This document shows, piece after piece, positions 45,371-55,009 of a stretch of 64,000 bases of DNA (position 1 is the stretch's first letter; each line of letters begins with the position of its first letter). Both the position numbers and the translations under genes were made by a program. The notes beneath the pieces are model-generated. The model was not told where the DNA came from. It did no database searches and saw nothing but the letters and a program-made list of their open reading frames with translations. The DNA comes from an uncultured Dehalococcoidia bacterium (GTDB lineage: Bacteria; Chloroflexota; Dehalococcoidia; Lucifugimonadales; Lucifugimonadaceae), in contig OY282385.1 in assembly GCA_958295935.1 (NCBI GenBank), positions 1,961,545 to 2,025,544 on the forward strand. Reading direction: 5' to 3'.

Positions 45371-46117
45371 ATGAGTATCCCGGAAAGTTTCGGGTCTCCT
45401 CCCATCGAGATTTTCGACGAGACGCCGGAACGGGCCATGGTGGTGTTCGCTCACCCTGACGATGCCGAGATAGGCGCAGGCGGAACCGTTGCAAAGTGGG
45501 CTAGAGACGGATGCGAGGTGAGCTACGTGCAGTGCACCTCAGGCAGCAGCGGCAGCAACGACCCTTCCGTGAGTTCAGACGATATTGTGCCCATACGCGC
45601 GGAAGAACAACGTGCCGCGGCTCAGGTGGTGGGTGTCAAGCGGTTGATCGTGCTCGACCACGCGGATGGTGAACTGGAGGCCAACCGCCGCTTCTTGGGC
45701 GAGTTGGTGGAAGCGCTCCGCACGTGCAGGCCGGACGTAGCCCTGTGCCACGACCCTTACCGAATGACAGGATTCAACCACCGAGACCATCGCATGGCGG
45801 GTTTCACGATCATGGATGCCATATATCCATATGCGCGTGATCACCTGCACTTTCCTGAGCACGTGCGCAAGGGGCTGAAACCCCACAAGACGAGGCATCT
45901 GCTGTTTTGGGGTTCAGACAGCCCCAATACGGTGGTTGACGTTTCCAGCACGATAGACGTTCAGATAGAGGCCTTGTCCCGTCACCGCAGCCAGATACCA
46001 GGCCTCCGGCGGGGCTCTGACGTAGAGTCGCGGATGCGGGAAAGAAGAAGGCGGAACGCCGCAGGGATGCCCTTCGAGTACGGTGAGCTTTTCCGACGTA
46101 TTTCAACCCGTGCCTGA
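45371..46117 (+). CDS. PIG-L (LmbE-like) family deacetylase.
   Basis: VVFAHPDDAEIGAGGT is the PIG-L signature, and ...HRDH is also present. Confidence 0.75.
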   Translation: MSIPESFGSPPIEIFDETPERAMVVFAHPDDAEIGAGGTVAKWARDGCEVSYVQCTSGSSGSNDPSVSSDDIVPIRAEEQRAAAQVVGVKRLIVLDHADGELEANRRFLGELVEALRTCRPDVALCHDPYRMTGFNHRDHRMAGFTIMDAIYPYARDHLHFPEHVRKGLKPHKTRHLLFWGSDSPNTVVDVSSTIDVQIEALSRHRSQIPGLRRGSDVESRMRERRRRNAAGMPFEYGELFRRISTRA

Positions 46118-46126
46118 GTCAGCCGC

Positions 46127-46969
46127 ATGAGACGCACCGATCTGCACAGCCACATACTGCCTTCTATCGACTGCGGGCCCGATTCCGTTCAGGAGAGCCT
46201 GGAGATGGTGAGGCTGGCGGCCAAGGACGGGGCCGAGGTAATAGTGGCCACCCCGCACTTCCGGGACGTTCAGCGACGTTCAAGTTCAGCGGAGATATAC
46301 AACCTCGTGACCGGCCTGTACGCGCGCTTGCAGCGCGCCTCGAACGAGCGGGATAGGTCTATACGCCTGGTCGCCGGGATGGAAAACCGGATCGATCCTG
46401 AACTCCCGGATTGGATAGACCAGGGAAAGGCTCTCCCGCTTGGCAACACGAAATTCGTACTGGTGTCTTTGCCTTTCACCTCCTACCCGGACTTCGTCGA
46501 CGAAGTATTGGGCAGAATACGCTCGAAGAGACTCGTACCGATAATCGCCCACCCTGAGCGAAACGAAATACTTCAGCGCCGTCCGAGGATGTTGAAGCGC
46601 ATAATTCAGGACGGCGCTCTGACTCTGGCTACCGGCGCCAGCTTCACCGGCGGGTTTGGACCAAGAACGCGTCTCGCCGCAGAGCAATTCCTCAAGAGGG
46701 GCCTGTTGCATGCCGTGGCATCGAACATGCACGCGCCGCGGGGAGTTAGGTCGCCTCAGTTGACGCCCGCCTTCGAACGCGTTAAGCAGATTGCAGGACC
46801 CGACACGGCACGCGATCTGTTCGAGACCAGCCCGGACGTGATCATACAAGGCCACTCCCCGGACACCTGGATCAAGTCTGCCTTCGAGCCCGGACCTCGG
46901 GAGCGGTTCTCCAACGCGCTCCGCCTGGCAGCCTCGCTTCCTTCACGTCTGCGATCAGGCGAGAGATAG
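46127..46969 (+). CDS. PHP-family manganese-dependent tyrosine-protein phosphatase (CpsB/YwqE-like).
   Basis: MRRTDLHSHILPSIDCGP...VVATPHF...IAHPER are the PHP His motifs. Confidence 0.7.
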   Translation: MRRTDLHSHILPSIDCGPDSVQESLEMVRLAAKDGAEVIVATPHFRDVQRRSSSAEIYNLVTGLYARLQRASNERDRSIRLVAGMENRIDPELPDWIDQGKALPLGNTKFVLVSLPFTSYPDFVDEVLGRIRSKRLVPIIAHPERNEILQRRPRMLKRIIQDGALTLATGASFTGGFGPRTRLAAEQFLKRGLLHAVASNMHAPRGVRSPQLTPAFERVKQIAGPDTARDLFETSPDVIIQGHSPDTWIKSAFEPGPRERFSNALRLAASLPSRLRSGER

Positions 46970-47542
46970 ACCCCTGACCACGCGTATGAAGAGGCTGACC
47001 GCCGGTTCCAGCAGGTCTTTCAGGCGGAGCGTGCCCAGAACCACCAGGACGCCCACTGCCGCCCCGCCCGCGATGTCGGTCGGATAGAAGACACCCGCGT
47101 AGATCCTGGAAATCCCGTAGAGCAACGCTCCGGCTAACAACCATATGCCTAGCCGCCTGCTGGCTAGCCAAGCCGCTGCTCCGGCGGCAAAGCCTATCGC
47201 GACCGGATTTGCCGGAAACGATGAATCCGTGGCTTGGTAGAACAGCAGATTCAGATCATTTCCCAGATCGACGAAGGGCCTGGGCCTGAACCAGAGGGAG
47301 TTGATTGCAAAGACGGCGAGGTTTGAGATACCTATCGAGCTTATGCCCACCAGCGTAGCGACCTGGAAACGACGTCTTTCTGCGGCGTTTCGCCCGGCAA
47401 ACCATAGCCCTACCATCGCAATGGAGAACAGCAACGGCATCAGGTAATCGCTGGCGACCACGCGCAACAGGTCGTCTATCACGCGGACGTTTCCAGACAA
47501 TCCATTGAGCCATAGAACCAGTGCCGAGTCGAAACTGTTCAC
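46955..47542 (-). CDS. PAP2-superfamily membrane protein, probably catalytically inactive.
   Basis: The GTG at 47540-47542 follows AGAGAGG. The PAP2 motifs are degenerate: FRPRPF is kept, but SFPANP replaces PSGH and SRIYAGVFYPTD replaces SRx5HxxxD, so both catalytic His residues are lost. The track ORF start 47806 adds a non-membrane-like leader and is probably not coding. Confidence 0.45.
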   Translation of the reverse strand: MNSFDSALVLWLNGLSGNVRVIDDLLRVVASDYLMPLLFSIAMVGLWFAGRNAAERRRFQVATLVGISSIGISNLAVFAINSLWFRPRPFVDLGNDLNLLFYQATDSSFPANPVAIGFAAGAAAWLASRRLGIWLLAGALLYGISRIYAGVFYPTDIAGGAAVGVLVVLGTLRLKDLLEPAVSLFIRVVRGLSLA

Positions 47543-48156
47543 TTGCGCCTGCCTCTCTTTGCGATACGTCCCGCAATGCTGCCGGGGTGCGCGTAGAGAT
47601 CGCGTCGTAGGTCGTCCATGAATGACCGCCTCAGAAGGGGCAGGGAAGAGCTTAGCGCGGCGAGATAGGAGGCGCCCGCCAACCCGGGCAGACCATCTTG
47701 CCGGGGGCCGTCCTCTCCGGCCTGTGCGGGTGGAAACAGTTTCACCATAATCGCGCCGCCGGCAAGGGATGCCAGCGCGGCCAGAGCCGTGGCTATGGGA
47801 AACCACCTTGCGTGATCGGTGCCTGACATGCCGCCGTCCACGTCATTGACGTTGCGAGCCGCGCCCAGGTCGGACCATGCAGCGCGTCCCCACTGGCGCG
47901 TCGTCGAATCAGACTCGACAGACCCCGCGGCCCAGGGCCCATCCACCCACAGCGGCATGAGATAGAAGATCGACACCCCCGCGATGATGAGAATCACACC
48001 GAGAACTCTGGCGCTCATGCGACCGGGCAATAGCATCATCCCGCGCAGCCCCGGTATCGAAACCGCAATCTGGAGGGCGCCCAGAGTGACGAGAAACGCC
48101 ATAACCAGGTACTGGCGCCCGATCTGCTCGGTTATAGCTCCAATATCCGGCGGCAT
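47539..48156 (-). CDS. Hypothetical integral membrane protein.
   Basis: It has several TM helices, and its stop overlaps the GTG of the PAP2-like gene (GTGA coupling). Confidence 0.4.
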   Translation of the reverse strand: MPPDIGAITEQIGRQYLVMAFLVTLGALQIAVSIPGLRGMMLLPGRMSARVLGVILIIAGVSIFYLMPLWVDGPWAAGSVESDSTTRQWGRAAWSDLGAARNVNDVDGGMSGTDHARWFPIATALAALASLAGGAIMVKLFPPAQAGEDGPRQDGLPGLAGASYLAALSSSLPLLRRSFMDDLRRDLYAHPGSIAGRIAKRGRRK

Positions 48157-48250
48157 CAGCGGATGTCTTGCTCCCAGCCAAGATCAAAGCGACTTTTGCC
48201 GAGGCGAGGCGCACGGGCGGCCCGATGTGAGAAGCGCGTGATCGAGCCCC

Positions 48251-49186
48251 CTAGCCCCCGCCCGGGACTACTGCGGTACACCAGTCCATGTACTTCTCGT
48301 TGTTTCCAACCACCGCGTCGAAATAGGCTTCCTGCAACTTGGCGGTTACGGGCCCCGTTCTTCCAGAGCCTATCTTGCGGTTGTCCAGTTCTCCCATCGG
48401 AGTAACGTGGGCAGCCGTACCGGTCAGGAACACCTCGTCGGCCAGGTATAGCTCGCTTCTATGTATCCGCCGCTGTTCAACCTCTATACCGAGCTCTTCC
48501 CTCGCCAGCACGATGATCGAGTCTCGGGTGATCCCAAGCAGGCAGTTGTCCGTCTCGGAAGGCGTAGAAATGCGGCCATCCCGCACCATGAACAGGTTTT
48601 CCCCGCTGCCTTCCGACACGGTGCCGTCGTTATTTAGCAGAATGGCCTCGTCGTAACCCGCGGCGATGGCCTCGGTCTTGGCCAAGATGCTGGTGGTGTA
48701 CAGGCCGGTGATCTTTACCCCCGTGGGCAGCATGGTGTCTTCTGGCCGCCTCCAGGATGAGGTCTGGCAGCGTATGGGGTTTTCGCCGTCTATGTAGTCT
48801 CCAAAAGGGATGATGATGACGCAGAAATCGTCTTGCACCTCGTGCAACCTGAGGTTGGCTATGAGCTCCTGACTCTTGAAGGCTATCGGGCGTATGTATA
48901 CGTCCTCCCGGTACCCGCAGCGTTCCAGCAGGTCTACGGTGATCTGGCACATCTCATCCGCTGAGTAGGAAAGTTCCATGCGAAGGATACTGGCGCCCCG
49001 GTGTAGGCGTTCATAGTGTTCCCGCAGGCGGAAGATGTAGGACTTTCCGTGTTTTTCGTTCCAGTTGCCTCGTATACCCTCGAAGACGGAGGTTCCGTAG
49101 TGCAGGGCGTGGGTCATTACCCCGACGCGCGCATCGGCCAACGGAACCTGCTTTCCGCTCAGGAATGCGTAGGCTTCAGGCGCCAT
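48251..49186 (-). CDS. ilvE: Branched-chain-amino-acid aminotransferase (PLP fold type IV).
   Basis: ...HALHYGTSVFEGIRGNW... and ...VFLTGTAAHVTPMGELDNRKIGSG are IlvE motifs. Confidence 0.8.
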   Translation of the reverse strand: MAPEAYAFLSGKQVPLADARVGVMTHALHYGTSVFEGIRGNWNEKHGKSYIFRLREHYERLHRGASILRMELSYSADEMCQITVDLLERCGYREDVYIRPIAFKSQELIANLRLHEVQDDFCVIIIPFGDYIDGENPIRCQTSSWRRPEDTMLPTGVKITGLYTTSILAKTEAIAAGYDEAILLNNDGTVSEGSGENLFMVRDGRISTPSETDNCLLGITRDSIIVLAREELGIEVEQRRIHRSELYLADEVFLTGTAAHVTPMGELDNRKIGSGRTGPVTAKLQEAYFDAVVGNNEKYMDWCTAVVPGGG

Positions 49187-49325
49187 GTGACGGCCTCCGG
49201 AGGAGCGGGCCGACTCGCGCCGGTCCGGATTGTGCAGCCTGTCCGCCGCGCTGGGCCCAAGACCCCCGTTCGTACAGGCGAGAGTAGATTATACGGGGGT
49301 GCGGCCTCTTCTACACCTACCCAGC

Positions 49326-50480
49326 CTATGCGGCTTCGACGGTGTGCTCCTCGATGTAATCGAAGTTTATGTCTTCGCCAAGTCCCGGGCGGGTCGGCAT
49401 CGGGATGTACCCTTGGGAGTCCATAGGGTCGATGATGCTGTTCAGGTAGCCGGGAGTTTCGTCGTAGTCGATGAAGGGATGCAGCAACCCGCGCTCGTAC
49501 CATCGCCCGTTGTACATCGCTCCCAGTACGTTCAGATTTCCAGACCCTCCGCCGTGGATCTCACACGCCAGGCCGTGAGACTCGGCAAGATGCGCCACCT
49601 TCATGCTAGGCCCGATCCCGCCCACGTCCATCACGCCGGTACGGGTGATGTCGGACGCGCCCCGCACTATCCACTCAGCGCGCGTGCGAAACTTGCCTTG
49701 GGCCATCTCCGGACCCAGCACGGGCATCTTCAACTGATTCGCCAGCCACACGTAAGAGGAGGTCGAGTGTTCGTCCATCGGCTCCTCGTACCAGTAATAA
49801 TCCAGTTCTTCCAGTTCTCGGCCTATGTACCAGGCGTCCTCCCGGCTATACCAGTGGTTGGCGTCCAGCATGAGGGGCAGGTCCGGCCCCACGGCTTCCC
49901 GGACGGCTGCACACGCCTTGACGTCCATCTTCGGGTCTGGCGCCCAGGACACCGGCGGCATCCAGGTGTGCAGTTTGATGGCCTGATAGCCGCGATTGAC
50001 GAGCCATTCTGCAAATCTGCCGTAGTCCTCGGGCGTGGCGAGGCCGCCCGCCATTTCGTCGCCGCACATCGTGGAGCCGTAGGCAGGCACCCTGTCCCGA
50101 TAGCCCCCTAGCAGTTTCCAGACCGGCAGGCCCAACTTGCGGCCCGCGAGGTCCCACAGGGCCATCTCGACGGGCGCCAGTACCCGGTCGCTGAGCAACT
50201 CGCCTGAACCCCGCTGACGCTTGTAGAGGCCCTGCCAGATGAGCTCTCTGTCATGTGGGTCGCGACCTACAAGCTCAGGCCTGACGAACTGGTCGATTAC
50301 CGGCTGTCTGAGGGAGGACGGAGATCCGAAGCAATATCCCGCCGAGCCGTCATCAGCGGTCACGGTCAGGAGCGCCTGCTGCGCGTCGTGTTCCGGGCCG
50401 GGGTGGCTGTGGCCCTCGCTGTCATTCACCTGTTTCGACTTATAAGTGAAAACCTGTACCTGGATGTCTGTGATCTTCAT
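49326..50480 (-). CDS. Enolase-superfamily MR/MLE enzyme (sugar-acid dehydratase-like).
   Basis: MKITDIQVQVF...LDANHWYS...HGGGSGNLNVL fits the family. The ATG at 50478-50480 is preferred over the track start 50561. Confidence 0.7.
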   Translation of the reverse strand: MKITDIQVQVFTYKSKQVNDSEGHSHPGPEHDAQQALLTVTADDGSAGYCFGSPSSLRQPVIDQFVRPELVGRDPHDRELIWQGLYKRQRGSGELLSDRVLAPVEMALWDLAGRKLGLPVWKLLGGYRDRVPAYGSTMCGDEMAGGLATPEDYGRFAEWLVNRGYQAIKLHTWMPPVSWAPDPKMDVKACAAVREAVGPDLPLMLDANHWYSREDAWYIGRELEELDYYWYEEPMDEHSTSSYVWLANQLKMPVLGPEMAQGKFRTRAEWIVRGASDITRTGVMDVGGIGPSMKVAHLAESHGLACEIHGGGSGNLNVLGAMYNGRWYERGLLHPFIDYDETPGYLNSIIDPMDSQGYIPMPTRPGLGEDINFDYIEEHTVEAA

Positions 50481-50761
50481 GTTTGGCTCCGGCTGATCTT
50501 TTTGATGGAATAGCGGCATGATAAACCGACGACGTGCGGCCGTGGCAGAGTTGCACGTCATTATTCCACCCCCGCCATCCCCATCTCCGGCCAGGAACTT
50601 CAGGGCGGTCTGCTAAAAAACGCGGACAGGGCAGTATCGACAGATACCCCTCTCTTGCACCACTTGACGCAGCGCGGTTTTCGATCAAGGATCGATCTGA
50701 CGTGTCAACTGATAATCCTGATCCGCTTCCTTCTTCTCTCACTACGACATGGCGGTCTGCA

Positions 50762-51790
50762 ATGGGGGATTCCGCTCTGTATTCAGCAGACGCCTTCACC
50801 GCGCTTGCTCAGATGCCGGACGAGTCCATTGACTGTGTATGGACTGACCCGCCCTACAGGCTCTCGAACGGGGGCATAACCTGCGTAGCGGGCAGAAGGG
50901 TTAGCGTGGATAAGGGGGATTGGGACGCAAGCGGGGGGCTGAAGGCGGATTACAAGTTCAACTTGAAGTGGACCGCCGAATGCCGACGAGTTCTGAAACC
51001 TGCCGGAACGATTTGGGTATCCGGCACTTTGCACGTCTACCCGATCATCGGGGTAGCCCTGTTGGAAAACGGTTTTCGGCTGCTGAATGACATCATCTGG
51101 GAGAAGCCAAATCCCCCGCCGAATCTGGGATGCAGAACCTTCACCCATTCCACGGAAATTGTGCTGTGGGCGGCCAAGATGCCAAAAGGAAGCCGGCACA
51201 AGTACAAATTCAATTACCAGGAAATGAAGCGCGAGAACGGCGGCAAGCAGATGAAAACCGTCTGGCGCTTAACAGCCCCGGGCCGCGCTGAAAAACGATT
51301 CGGTAAACACCCGACTCAGAAGCCCGTCGCGCTGGTGGACCGCTGCCTGCGCGCCAGCACAGACCCCGGCGACGTGGTGCTTGACCCGTTCACGGGATCC
51401 GGCAGCACAGGCGTCGCTGCTCTCAAGATTGGCCGACGTTTTATCGGCGTCGAGTCTGAAGAAGAGTACGTGTCCATAGCCAGGATGCGCCTTGAAGAAA
51501 CGGCGGCGCTTGTTGCCCCCCCCCCCGATTATTCCTGCAAATTCCATCAACTCACCCCACCTGCGTACGCAATCCTCAGCGCCCAATTCCAAATCCTTCC
51601 CTGTACGCCGGCTGGGGCGACGGAATCCGACCAGGCTCTTCGAGAAGATGGAAAGCTGAAGTATGTCACCGCGCGACACCCGGACCGGCAGCGTCATGGA
51701 ACTTATGGCGCTTCCGGCATTGGAGATGGGAGGCTACAAAGTCCAACGCAACGTGGAAGTCGGAACCAGATTCGATGTATCGCGGCATAG
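50762..51790 (+). CDS. Beta-class DNA methyltransferase (N4-cytosine or N6-adenine). The 3' end contains an 11-C homopolymer, so the true C-terminus is uncertain.
   Basis: Motif IV (VWTDPPYRLSN) precedes motif I (VLDPFTGSGSTGVAA). A C11 tract lies at 51516-51526. As read, the ORF overlaps the next gene by 95 nt. One fewer C would stop it at about 51659. Confidence 0.7.
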   Translation: MGDSALYSADAFTALAQMPDESIDCVWTDPPYRLSNGGITCVAGRRVSVDKGDWDASGGLKADYKFNLKWTAECRRVLKPAGTIWVSGTLHVYPIIGVALLENGFRLLNDIIWEKPNPPPNLGCRTFTHSTEIVLWAAKMPKGSRHKYKFNYQEMKRENGGKQMKTVWRLTAPGRAEKRFGKHPTQKPVALVDRCLRASTDPGDVVLDPFTGSGSTGVAALKIGRRFIGVESEEEYVSIARMRLEETAALVAPPPDYSCKFHQLTPPAYAILSAQFQILPCTPAGATESDQALREDGKLKYVTARHPDRQRHGTYGASGIGDGRLQSPTQRGSRNQIRCIAA

Positions 51791-52085
51791 GGTGGACACG
51801 TGCGCTGAGGACTCGGCCGGCCGCGTTTACCTCATCTCGATGAAGTGGCAGCAGACGCAGGGAACCGCCGAGCAGAAGATACCGTTCGAGGTCATCTGCC
51901 TTGCAGACGTTCTCTTGAAGAACGAGAAGTTCTATAAAGCCTACCTGGTACTCGGAGGCGTAGGGTGGAAATACAAGGATTTCTACCTGCGCGGCGGCCT
52001 GAACCCCTACTTGATGAACGCGGATATGGTAAGCATAGTTTCCTTGGACGAATTCGTCAGCCGCGCTAATCAGGGCCGCCTCTAG
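51696..52085 (+). CDS. Putative small restriction endonuclease (PD-(D/E)xK-like), partner of the upstream methyltransferase; tentative.
   Basis: MELMALPALEMGGYKV...VDTCAEDSAGRVYLISMKWQ gives a D...(E/D)...K arrangement. The local GC is low (about 52%), and it lies immediately after a methyltransferase. Confidence 0.3.
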   Translation: MELMALPALEMGGYKVQRNVEVGTRFDVSRHRVDTCAEDSAGRVYLISMKWQQTQGTAEQKIPFEVICLADVLLKNEKFYKAYLVLGGVGWKYKDFYLRGGLNPYLMNADMVSIVSLDEFVSRANQGRL

Positions 52086-52138
52086 CAGACGCCATCGGGT
52101 GAACGGGCGCCCGCCTACCCGTTCTTACTCCGCGCTGC

Positions 52139-52417
52139 TTAGGCGCGTACCTCGAACGGTCCCTTTCCCGTATGTGGGCGCGACCAGTCGAGGTTCACCG
52201 ATCTGACGTTAGCCCCGGCCGGTCCTTTCCTGAGCTCCGCCGTCAATGCATCCAGGGCTGCTGCGCTTCCGGCAGCGGAGACCTCCACGGAGCCGTTTGG
52301 CAGGTTGCGAACGTAGCCCGACAGGCCCAGACGGCTAGCCGCGCGGAACACGAAGAATCTGTAACCCACGCCCTGCACCCGGCCCGATACTATGGCAGCG
52401 AAACCGAGGCTCATCAT
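52139..52417 (-). CDS. acyP: Acylphosphatase.
   Basis: AIVSGRVQGVGYRFF...GYVRNLPNGSVEV is the acylphosphatase signature. Confidence 0.7.
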   Translation of the reverse strand: MMSLGFAAIVSGRVQGVGYRFFVFRAASRLGLSGYVRNLPNGSVEVSAAGSAAALDALTAELRKGPAGANVRSVNLDWSRPHTGKGPFEVRA

Positions 52418-52561
52418 GACGCTCGGCGCTGTGGGCGGCCTACCGCGGTCAGCGCTTCATTACCGCTGAGGGGCATGAGGCATGTTGTACACTCGTACCC
52501 GGCTGCGCCCGCAGTCGGCAAGATCAGGTACAGCCGTAGCTTAGGCGGGGAGGGCAATCTC

Positions 52562-53476
52562 ATGAGTATGAAAGACCTGCTGCGTATCGATACTTCCGCC
52601 AGCTCGGAGACTATTATCCTCAAGGCGCTCTTGTGGGTCACCCTGCTGTCTGTCGTCGTCTGGATGATTGCCGGCCTTGTCTCCCTTCGTTTCGAGTTGG
52701 AGGGCAGCTATGAAAAAGTGTTGTACAGCCAGTTCATCATCACGGGAATCATACTGACCGGCGTGATCAACGCCTTCGTTATGAGCAGAGGCGGATTCGG
52801 CGCAAGGCGGGCAAAGATCTTTGGCTACGTTCCTGTATTGTGGACTGCCGTTGTTTCTGCCGCTCTCATTATGCTTTTGTGGCAGGTGTGGGAGGAGTTT
52901 CGAGACGCCAACGAGTTGCTGAAGGTGATGTACTCGCTGCTCGGAATTGGTCTGTGCGGCACCTACGCCGGTCTCGTCACTCTCGCAAGAGTAGATCGTC
53001 TCTACGTACTCTTGCAGCCGGTCATGTACGTTCTCACCCTGATCGTCGGAGTCGAGATACTCGACGGAATGTGGCTGGCCAACGAGAGAATATCCGCAGC
53101 ATCCACGGGCGAGAACTTCGCAATCGTGGGCATGGCAGTGGGCATTAACATGGCCGGGTATGCCGTCTTGGCCACTATACTCGCCCGTTTCTTGTTCGCC
53201 TACCGGGGCATCTCGCTAGGCGCCTTCGCCGTCGCTGCGCTTCTGGGTTTCGTGGTGACTCTCGTAACTCTGTTGACGTCCCTGGACGCAGGGCCGTACA
53301 GATTCATTCTCGGCGCGTGCGTGCTGCTGTCCAGCGCCAGCGTGGCCTTGGGAATGCTTCACTACTTTCACGTGAGTGATGCTAGAGCCGCGCTGCGCGC
53401 CAATCCGAAAACCGCCGATGAGGAGGTTGGCAACCACTACCCGCCGCCCATGACAGAGGCGCCGAGTGGCGGATAG
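52562..53476 (+). CDS. Hypothetical polytopic membrane protein.
   Basis: ATG 52562 follows GGGAGGG. There are about 8 hydrophobic helices. The upstream 130 codons of track ORF 52172 are antisense to acyP. Confidence 0.45.
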   Translation: MSMKDLLRIDTSASSETIILKALLWVTLLSVVVWMIAGLVSLRFELEGSYEKVLYSQFIITGIILTGVINAFVMSRGGFGARRAKIFGYVPVLWTAVVSAALIMLLWQVWEEFRDANELLKVMYSLLGIGLCGTYAGLVTLARVDRLYVLLQPVMYVLTLIVGVEILDGMWLANERISAASTGENFAIVGMAVGINMAGYAVLATILARFLFAYRGISLGAFAVAALLGFVVTLVTLLTSLDAGPYRFILGACVLLSSASVALGMLHYFHVSDARAALRANPKTADEEVGNHYPPPMTEAPSGG

Positions 53477-53526
53477 CCCCGCTTGACCGCGTCCTCAGGT
53501 GAGATAGGGATCTCGGCCCGCCTGTT

Positions 53527-54408
53527 TTAAGGAGGGCTTATTTTCCTTCTGCGCCGTCGACGAGGGGCCGATCTGGATTTGCGCTCTTCGCTTTCGTACC
53601 ACTTGAAGAACAGCGCCGTCATGGTGAACAGATATATGAAGTTGCCGGGCACCCACATGATCAGCCCCCCGATGCGCTGGTCGCTTAGCGGGCTGAGGCC
53701 CCAGATGCTGTCCCCCTGCGCGTATGTCTCGTAGATGACGCTGCCGGACATCGTGATGAACGCTGCCAGCACTGCCGTGGGGGTTACGATGAGCAGCAGA
53801 TATAGCAACCGCTGCGGGTAGCTGAGGGCAGACCTTACCGGCGCCGGGCCGATGATGGGCCACCAAAAGAGCAAGGCCCCTATTAAGAAACACAGGTGCT
53901 CGGCAAGGTGGACGACTTCGTTTCTGAGGGCGGCGTCATAGAGGTCCGGGATGTGCCACACCCAAAGGGAGACGATGAAGATGGTTAGGGCGATGGGGGG
54001 CCGGGTGACCACTGAGACCGCACGCTTGGCAAGGCCTCCCGCGGCGAACTCTGATCCCACGCCTAGGCGCAGAGTCTGCGGCATCGACCACATGTACACC
54101 GGCATCACGCTCGCAGACAGGACGAGGGGAGCCGCGGCCATCGCCAGGGCCAGGTGCTGGAGCATGTGCACGAGGAACAGATGCTCGGCGTATGTGTCCA
54201 ACGGGCCGAAGAGGGCCAGGCCCAGCAGCGCGAAGGCGGCATAAGCCCTGGAGGCTTGCCAGACGCTGACCGACCGGCCCCTGCTGCGCGATCTCAATCT
54301 CACAAGGCCCAGGGTGTAGGCGGCCATGGCCAATGCGATCAGAGGCAGGAACGGCGACGAAGGTTGCCACGCCGTTATGAAGTCGCGGAACGTGTGGGTG
54401 GGTTCCAT
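53527..54408 (-). CDS. ctaG: Cytochrome c oxidase (caa3) assembly factor CtaG.
   Basis: It is a polytopic membrane protein with an HMLQH motif, and it is the last gene of the ctaC-D-E-subunit IV-ctaG cluster. Confidence 0.55.
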   Translation of the reverse strand: MEPTHTFRDFITAWQPSSPFLPLIALAMAAYTLGLVRLRSRSRGRSVSVWQASRAYAAFALLGLALFGPLDTYAEHLFLVHMLQHLALAMAAAPLVLSASVMPVYMWSMPQTLRLGVGSEFAAGGLAKRAVSVVTRPPIALTIFIVSLWVWHIPDLYDAALRNEVVHLAEHLCFLIGALLFWWPIIGPAPVRSALSYPQRLLYLLLIVTPTAVLAAFITMSGSVIYETYAQGDSIWGLSPLSDQRIGGLIMWVPGNFIYLFTMTALFFKWYESEERKSRSAPRRRRRRKISPP

Positions 54409-54541
54409 ACTCAGCGATACAGGCGATTAGAGAGAGCCGCGGCCGTCGTCAGGCCGCGCTGCGGCAAGGGTACCCGGCCTTTGGCCGCTGCGAGAAAACG
54501 GATCGATCCGGCGTCGAGGCAAGCGCGGCAGGCCCGCAGGA

Positions 54542-54985
54542 TTAACCGTTCAGCTTGAAGAACAGGGCCAGTATCGCTACGAACACGGCGACCCCTATGG
54601 TGAATCCGAAGCCGAATATCCAGGTGAAGAGCTTGTTGTCGAAGCGCAGATGCATGAAGAAGGCCACCACCATGACGAACTTCAGGAAAGACAGTATCAG
54701 CAGCAAGGGCACGAACCACGGGCCTAGTGTCTCGAAAGTGAAGATCCACACCTCGGCCAGTGTAATGATCGCGAGGATCACTCCGACCCAGGCGTAGAAC
54801 CAGGGCGTGGCGTGGCGGTCGCCTGAGGTGACCACCGTGAGCCATCTTTTGACGATCGATGCCGTCTGGCCCATGGGCCCGTCGAAAGGCGGATTTTGCT
54901 GTCCCGCCATGGTCTTTGGCAGCATCCACCAGTCGTTTGCACGATGGTAGAAGAGAGAGTTCCAGATGCGTGATAGGAGGCCCAT
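54542..54985 (-). CDS. ctaF: Cytochrome c oxidase subunit IV (prokaryotic COX4 family).
   Basis: ...FMHLRFDNKLFTWIF... is present, and it has three or four TM helices. It lies between ctaE and ctaG. Confidence 0.6.
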   Translation of the reverse strand: MGLLSRIWNSLFYHRANDWWMLPKTMAGQQNPPFDGPMGQTASIVKRWLTVVTSGDRHATPWFYAWVGVILAIITLAEVWIFTFETLGPWFVPLLLILSFLKFVMVVAFFMHLRFDNKLFTWIFGFGFTIGVAVFVAILALFFKLNG

Positions 54986-55009
54986 GTCTTGCGGTTTGCG
55001 AATGCCTTA

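Noticed and set aside
52172-52561. N-terminal 130 codons of track ORF 52172-53476
   Set aside because: This part overlaps acyP antisense and has no membrane character. The hydrophobic protein begins at ATG 52562, which has a strong RBS.
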